A stretch of 64,000 nucleotides of DNA, taken from positions 29,018,001 to 29,082,000 of the forward strand of contig NC_086108.1 of the NCBI RefSeq assembly GCF_963921235.1, read 5' to 3'. Both the position numbers and the translations under genes were made by a program. Source of the DNA: Mobula hypostoma. Taxonomy: Eukaryota. The notes beneath the pieces were generated by a model, which was not told the origin of the DNA, did no database searches, and saw nothing but the letters and a program-made list of their open reading frames with translations. Below are positions 60,301-64,000 of this stretch, piece by piece (position 1 is the first letter of the stretch; each line of letters starts with the position of its first letter).

Positions 60301-61123
60301 TGGCAGCAGTATTGGGGAAGGAGGGAACTGTACCAATGGGATGGGCTCCACCTGAACTGTGATGGGACCAGGATTCTAGCGAATCGCATAACTAGGGCTG
60401 TGGATGGGGTTTTAAGCTAAATAGTATGGGGGTGGGTTCAACAGATGGGAGAAGTAAAGTAAGAAAGAAAAGTATGGATAAAGATCAAGAAAAAGCAAAA
60501 GTTAAAAAAGAAAAAAGTAAGAGTGGAGTAAAGAAAAGTCAAGTGCAAAAGAGTAAAAGATTACAAGATTGTAAAAGCATAATGAGTGTAAAGGGCACTT
60601 TATTTGAATGCTTGTAGTAATCAAAACAAGATCAGTGAACTTGTGGTACAAATCAGTATAAGGGGGTATGATTTAGTGACCATTACAGAGACATGGTTGC
60701 AGGGTGGACAGGACTGGGAATTAAATATCCGAGGATATCAGGTAATACGGAAGGCTAGGCAGATAGGTAAGGGAGGTGGGGTAGCACTCTTAACTAAAGA
60801 TGAGATCAGGGCAATAGTGAGAGACTATTGGATCTAAGATCTAAGGAGCAGAATATTGAATCCATCTGGGTAGAGATTAGGAATAGTAAAGGGAAAAAAT
60901 CACTATTGGGAGTCGAATGATAACATTACAGTGGCACAGGCAATAAACAGAGAAATATCTGAGGAATGTAAGAATGGAACAGCAGTTATCGTGGGGGACT
61001 TTAACTTGCACATAGATTGTGTGAATCACGTTGGTCAAGGCAGTCCTGAGAAGGACTTCATAGAATACATCCATGATGGCTTTCTTGAACAGCATGTTAC
61101 TGAACCTACAATGGAACATGCTA

Positions 61124-61466
61124 CTCACATCAAAGTTGCTGGTGAACGCAGCAGGCCAGGCAGCATCTCTAGGAAGAGGTACAGTCGACGTTTCAGGCCG
61201 AGACCCTTCGTCCTGACTCTTAGCTCCATCCCTCCCCCTCCTGTCTTCTCCTATCATTTTGGATCTCCCCCTCCCCCTCCCACTTTCAAATCTCTTTCTA
61301 TCTCTTCTTTCAGTTCGTCCTGACGAAGGGTCTCGGCCCGAAATGTCGACTGTACCTCTTCCTAGAGATGCTGCCTGGCCTGCTGTGTTCACCAGCAACT
61401 TTGATGTGTGTTGCTTGAATTTCCAGCATCTGCAGATTTCCCTGTGTGTGTGTGTGTGTGTGTGTG
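61124..61466. mobile_element. fold-back Penelope-derived insertion with (TG)n end
   Basis: 11-bp TSD GGAACATGCTA (61113-61123/61469-61479; 13 bp with one mismatch); arm 61124-61212 is the inverse of ~61322-61410. Confidence 0.9.
61311..61352 (+). ncRNA. minimal hammerhead ribozyme motif (one stem III change)
   Basis: CAGTTCGTC-CTGACGA-AGGGTCTCGGCCC-GAAA-TGTC-GACTG. Confidence 0.55.
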
Positions 61467-62448
61467 AGGGAACATGCTATCTTAGATATGGTCCTGTGCA
61501 ATGAGACAGGTAGAATTAGTGATCTTGTAGTTAGGGATCCTCTTGTAAAGAGTGGTCACAGTATGGCTGAGTTTCTCATACAAATGGAGGGAGCAATAGT
61601 TCGATCTAAAATCAATGTATTATGCCTAAACAATGACGATTACAATGGGATGAGGGAGGATTTGACTAGTGTAGACTGGGAACACAGGCTATATGGTGGG
61701 ATGGTTGAGGAACAGTGGAAAACTTTCAAAGAGATTTTTCACGGTGCTTAACAAATTATGCTCCAATTAAAAACAAAGACAGTATGGGTGGGGAGAGCCA
61801 GCTTTGCATAACTAAGGAAACAAAAGAAGGCATCAAACTAAAAGCTCGTGCATACAAAGTCATCAAGAGTAGTGGGATACTGAAAGATTGGGAAAACTTT
61901 AAAAAGCAACAAAGAACTACTAAGCGAGCAATAAAGAAAGGGAAGCTAGACCAGCGAAAATAAACTAGCACAGAATATAAAAACCAATAGTAAAAGTTTT
62001 TATAATTATATAAAGCAGAAAAGGGTGAACGTGAAAGCAGGAGAATGAGAAGGGGGAAATTATATTGGGTAATGAGGAAATGGCCAAGGCTTTGAATGGC
62101 TATTTTGTGTCGGTCTTCATGGTGGAAGAAATATCTAACCTGCCAAAGAGAGATGTTATGGATGCGATGGGAGGTGAGGATCTTGATGCAATAGCTATCT
62201 GTAAAGAGGTAGTGCTGAGCAAACTTATGGGCCTGAAGATAAACAAGTCCTCTGGTCCAGATGGAATCCATCCCAGGGTACTGAAAGAAATGGCAGAAGT
62301 TATAGTAGAGGCTTTGGTGATAATTTACAACAATTCTCTGGATTCTAGGCAGGTCCCAGCAGATTGGAAGAAGGTGAATGTCATGCCACTGTTCGAAAAA
62401 AGATGTATGTGAAAGGCAGGTAACTATAAGCTAGTTAGTTTAACATCT

Positions 62449-62675
62449 CAAACAACAGGAATTCTGCAGATGCTGGAATTTCAAGCAACACACATAAAAG
62501 TTGCTGGTGAATGCAGCAGGCCAGGCGGCATCTCCAGGAAGAGGTGCAGTTGATGTTTCAGGCCGAGACCCTTCGAAGGGTCCTGACGAAGGATCTCGGC
62601 CTGAAACGTCGACTGCACCTCTTCCTAGAGATGCTGCCTGGCCTGCTGCGTTCACCAGCAACTTTTATGTGTGTT
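62449..62675. mobile_element. 227-bp fold-back Penelope-derived element
   Basis: Perfect 15-bp TSD GTTAGTTTAACATCT (62434-62448/62676-62690); ~90-bp inverted arms around a short spacer. Confidence 0.92.
62580..62615 (+). ncRNA. minimal type I hammerhead ribozyme motif
   Basis: GTC-CTGACGA-AGGATCTCGGCCT-GAAA-CGTC-GAC; predicted cleavage 3' of 62610. Confidence 0.65.
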
Positions 62676-62750
62676 GTTAGTTTAACATCTGTAGTTGGGA
62701 AAATGCTTGAAGCTATCATTAAAGAAGAAATAATGAAGCATCTGGAAACA

Positions 62751-64000
62751 AATATTCTTGCAGGTAGGTTTGCTAGAGAGGCTCCAGTGGATTTAAACTA
62801 GATACAAAGGGGGAGGGGAACAAGAGTGTAGGAACAGATGGAGGGGAGAAGGAAGAAAAAGAAGATAGTAAAGTTGTTAATGATAAACAGAGAGTAAGAG
62901 GTGGAGAATTTCTTAACTGCATTTATTTTAATGCTAGGAGAATTGTAAGAAAGGTCAATGAGCTTAGAGCATGAATTTATACCTGGAAATATGATGTTGT
63001 ATCTATTAGTGAAACATGGTCGCAGGAGGGGTGTGATTGGCAACTAAATATTCCTGGATTTCATTGCTTCAGGTGTGATTGAATCAGAGGGACAAGAGGG
63101 GGAGGTGTTGCATTGCTTGTCAGAGAAAATATTACAGCGGTGCTCTGACAGGATAGATTAGAGGGCTCATCTAGGGAGGATAATTGGGTGGAACTGAGGA
63201 ATGGGAAAGGTGTAGTAACACTTATAGGGGTATATTATGGACCACCAAATGGGAAGCGAGAATTGGAGGAGCAAACTTGTAAGGAGATAGCAGATATTTG
63301 TAGTAAACACAAGATCGTGACAGTGGGAGATTTTAATTTCCCACAATTAGACTGGGAAGCTCATACTGTAAAAGGGCTGGATGGTTTGGAGTTTGTAAAA
63401 TGTGTACAGGATAGTTTTTTTGCAGCAATACATAGAGGTACCAACTAGAGAAGGGGCAGTGTTGGATCTCCTATTAGGGAATGAGATAAGCCAGGTGATG
63501 GAGGTATGTGTTGGGGAGCACTTTGGGTCCAGTGATCACAATGCCATTAGTTTCAATATAATTATAGAGAAGGATAGGTCTAGACCTAGGGTTGAGATTT
63601 TTGATTGGAGAAAGGTTAACTTTGAGGAGATGCAAAAGGATTTATAAGGAGTGGATTGAGATAAATTGTTTTATGGGAAGGGTGTAATAGAGAAATGGAG
63701 GTCATTTGAAAGTGAAATTTTAAGGGTACAGAATCTTTATGTTCCTGTTAGCTTGAAAGCAAAGGTTAAAAGTTTGAGGGAGCCATGGTTTTCAAGGGAT
63801 ATTGGAAACTTGGTTTGGAAAAAGAGAGATATCTACAATGAATATAGGCAGCATGGAGTAAATGAGGTGCTCGAGGAATATAAAGAATATAAAAAGAATC
63901 TTAAGAAAGAAATTAGAAAAACTAGAAGAAGATACGATTTTGCTTTGGCAAGTAAGGTGAAAATAAATGCAAAGGGTTTCTACAGTTATATTAATAGCAA
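62751..64000 (+). mobile_element. another CR1 LINE (end of ORF1, ORF2 APE domain) running off the window
   Basis: NILAGRFARE...LN* (ORF1 end); YDVVSISETW, IGVYYGPP, VGDFNFP, LDLLLGN, GSSDHN. Confidence 0.9.

Larger units (their letters stand above)
59770..62750 (+). mobile_element. CR1 LINE 5'/middle part (ORF1 esterase, ORF2 APE, start of RT), 3'-interrupted
   Basis: VVVIGDSIVRG and VVHVGTNDIG (SGNH esterase); YDLVTITETWL and VGDFN (APE); SSGPDGIHPRVLKE and WKKVNVMPLFEK. Confidence 0.9.

Noticed and set aside
60877..61504. Overlapping ORFs sharing DEGSRPETSTVPLPRDAAW (also at 26878, 40852, 62440) as a gene family
   Set aside because: Conceptual translations of the non-coding PLE terminal repeat.

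Overview
Eukaryotic, repeat-dense non-coding DNA. The repeat families (HE1/V-SINE-like SINEs, CR1/HER1-like LINEs, Deu-domain SINE relic) suggest a cartilaginous fish, probably a ray (inference). I recognise no intact host protein-coding gene; the longer ORFs in the track are transposon-derived or spurious. Well over half the window is decayed, often nested mobile DNA: several CR1 LINEs (one near full length, 11037-16526), Rex1/Babar-like LINE 3' parts, two Gypsy proviruses with both LTRs (29221-33573, 49320-54920), solo LTRs, Penelope-like elements (PLEs), and Tc1, hAT, piggyBac-like and Harbinger relics. Highlights: (i) minimal hammerhead-ribozyme motifs in the PLE terminal repeats, including short fold-back units with 11-15 bp TSDs; (ii) a composite element of two Tc1-TIR mini-palindromes bracketing a captured LINE tail, present twice; (iii) a TTAA/CCC piggyBac-like element; (iv) insertion stacks whose order can be read from TSDs; (v) a 22-bp templated insertion. 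A few repeat-free, TAAT-rich islands may be conserved non-coding elements. Family names come from motif recognition by eye, not database searches; ends without a TSD are approximate.
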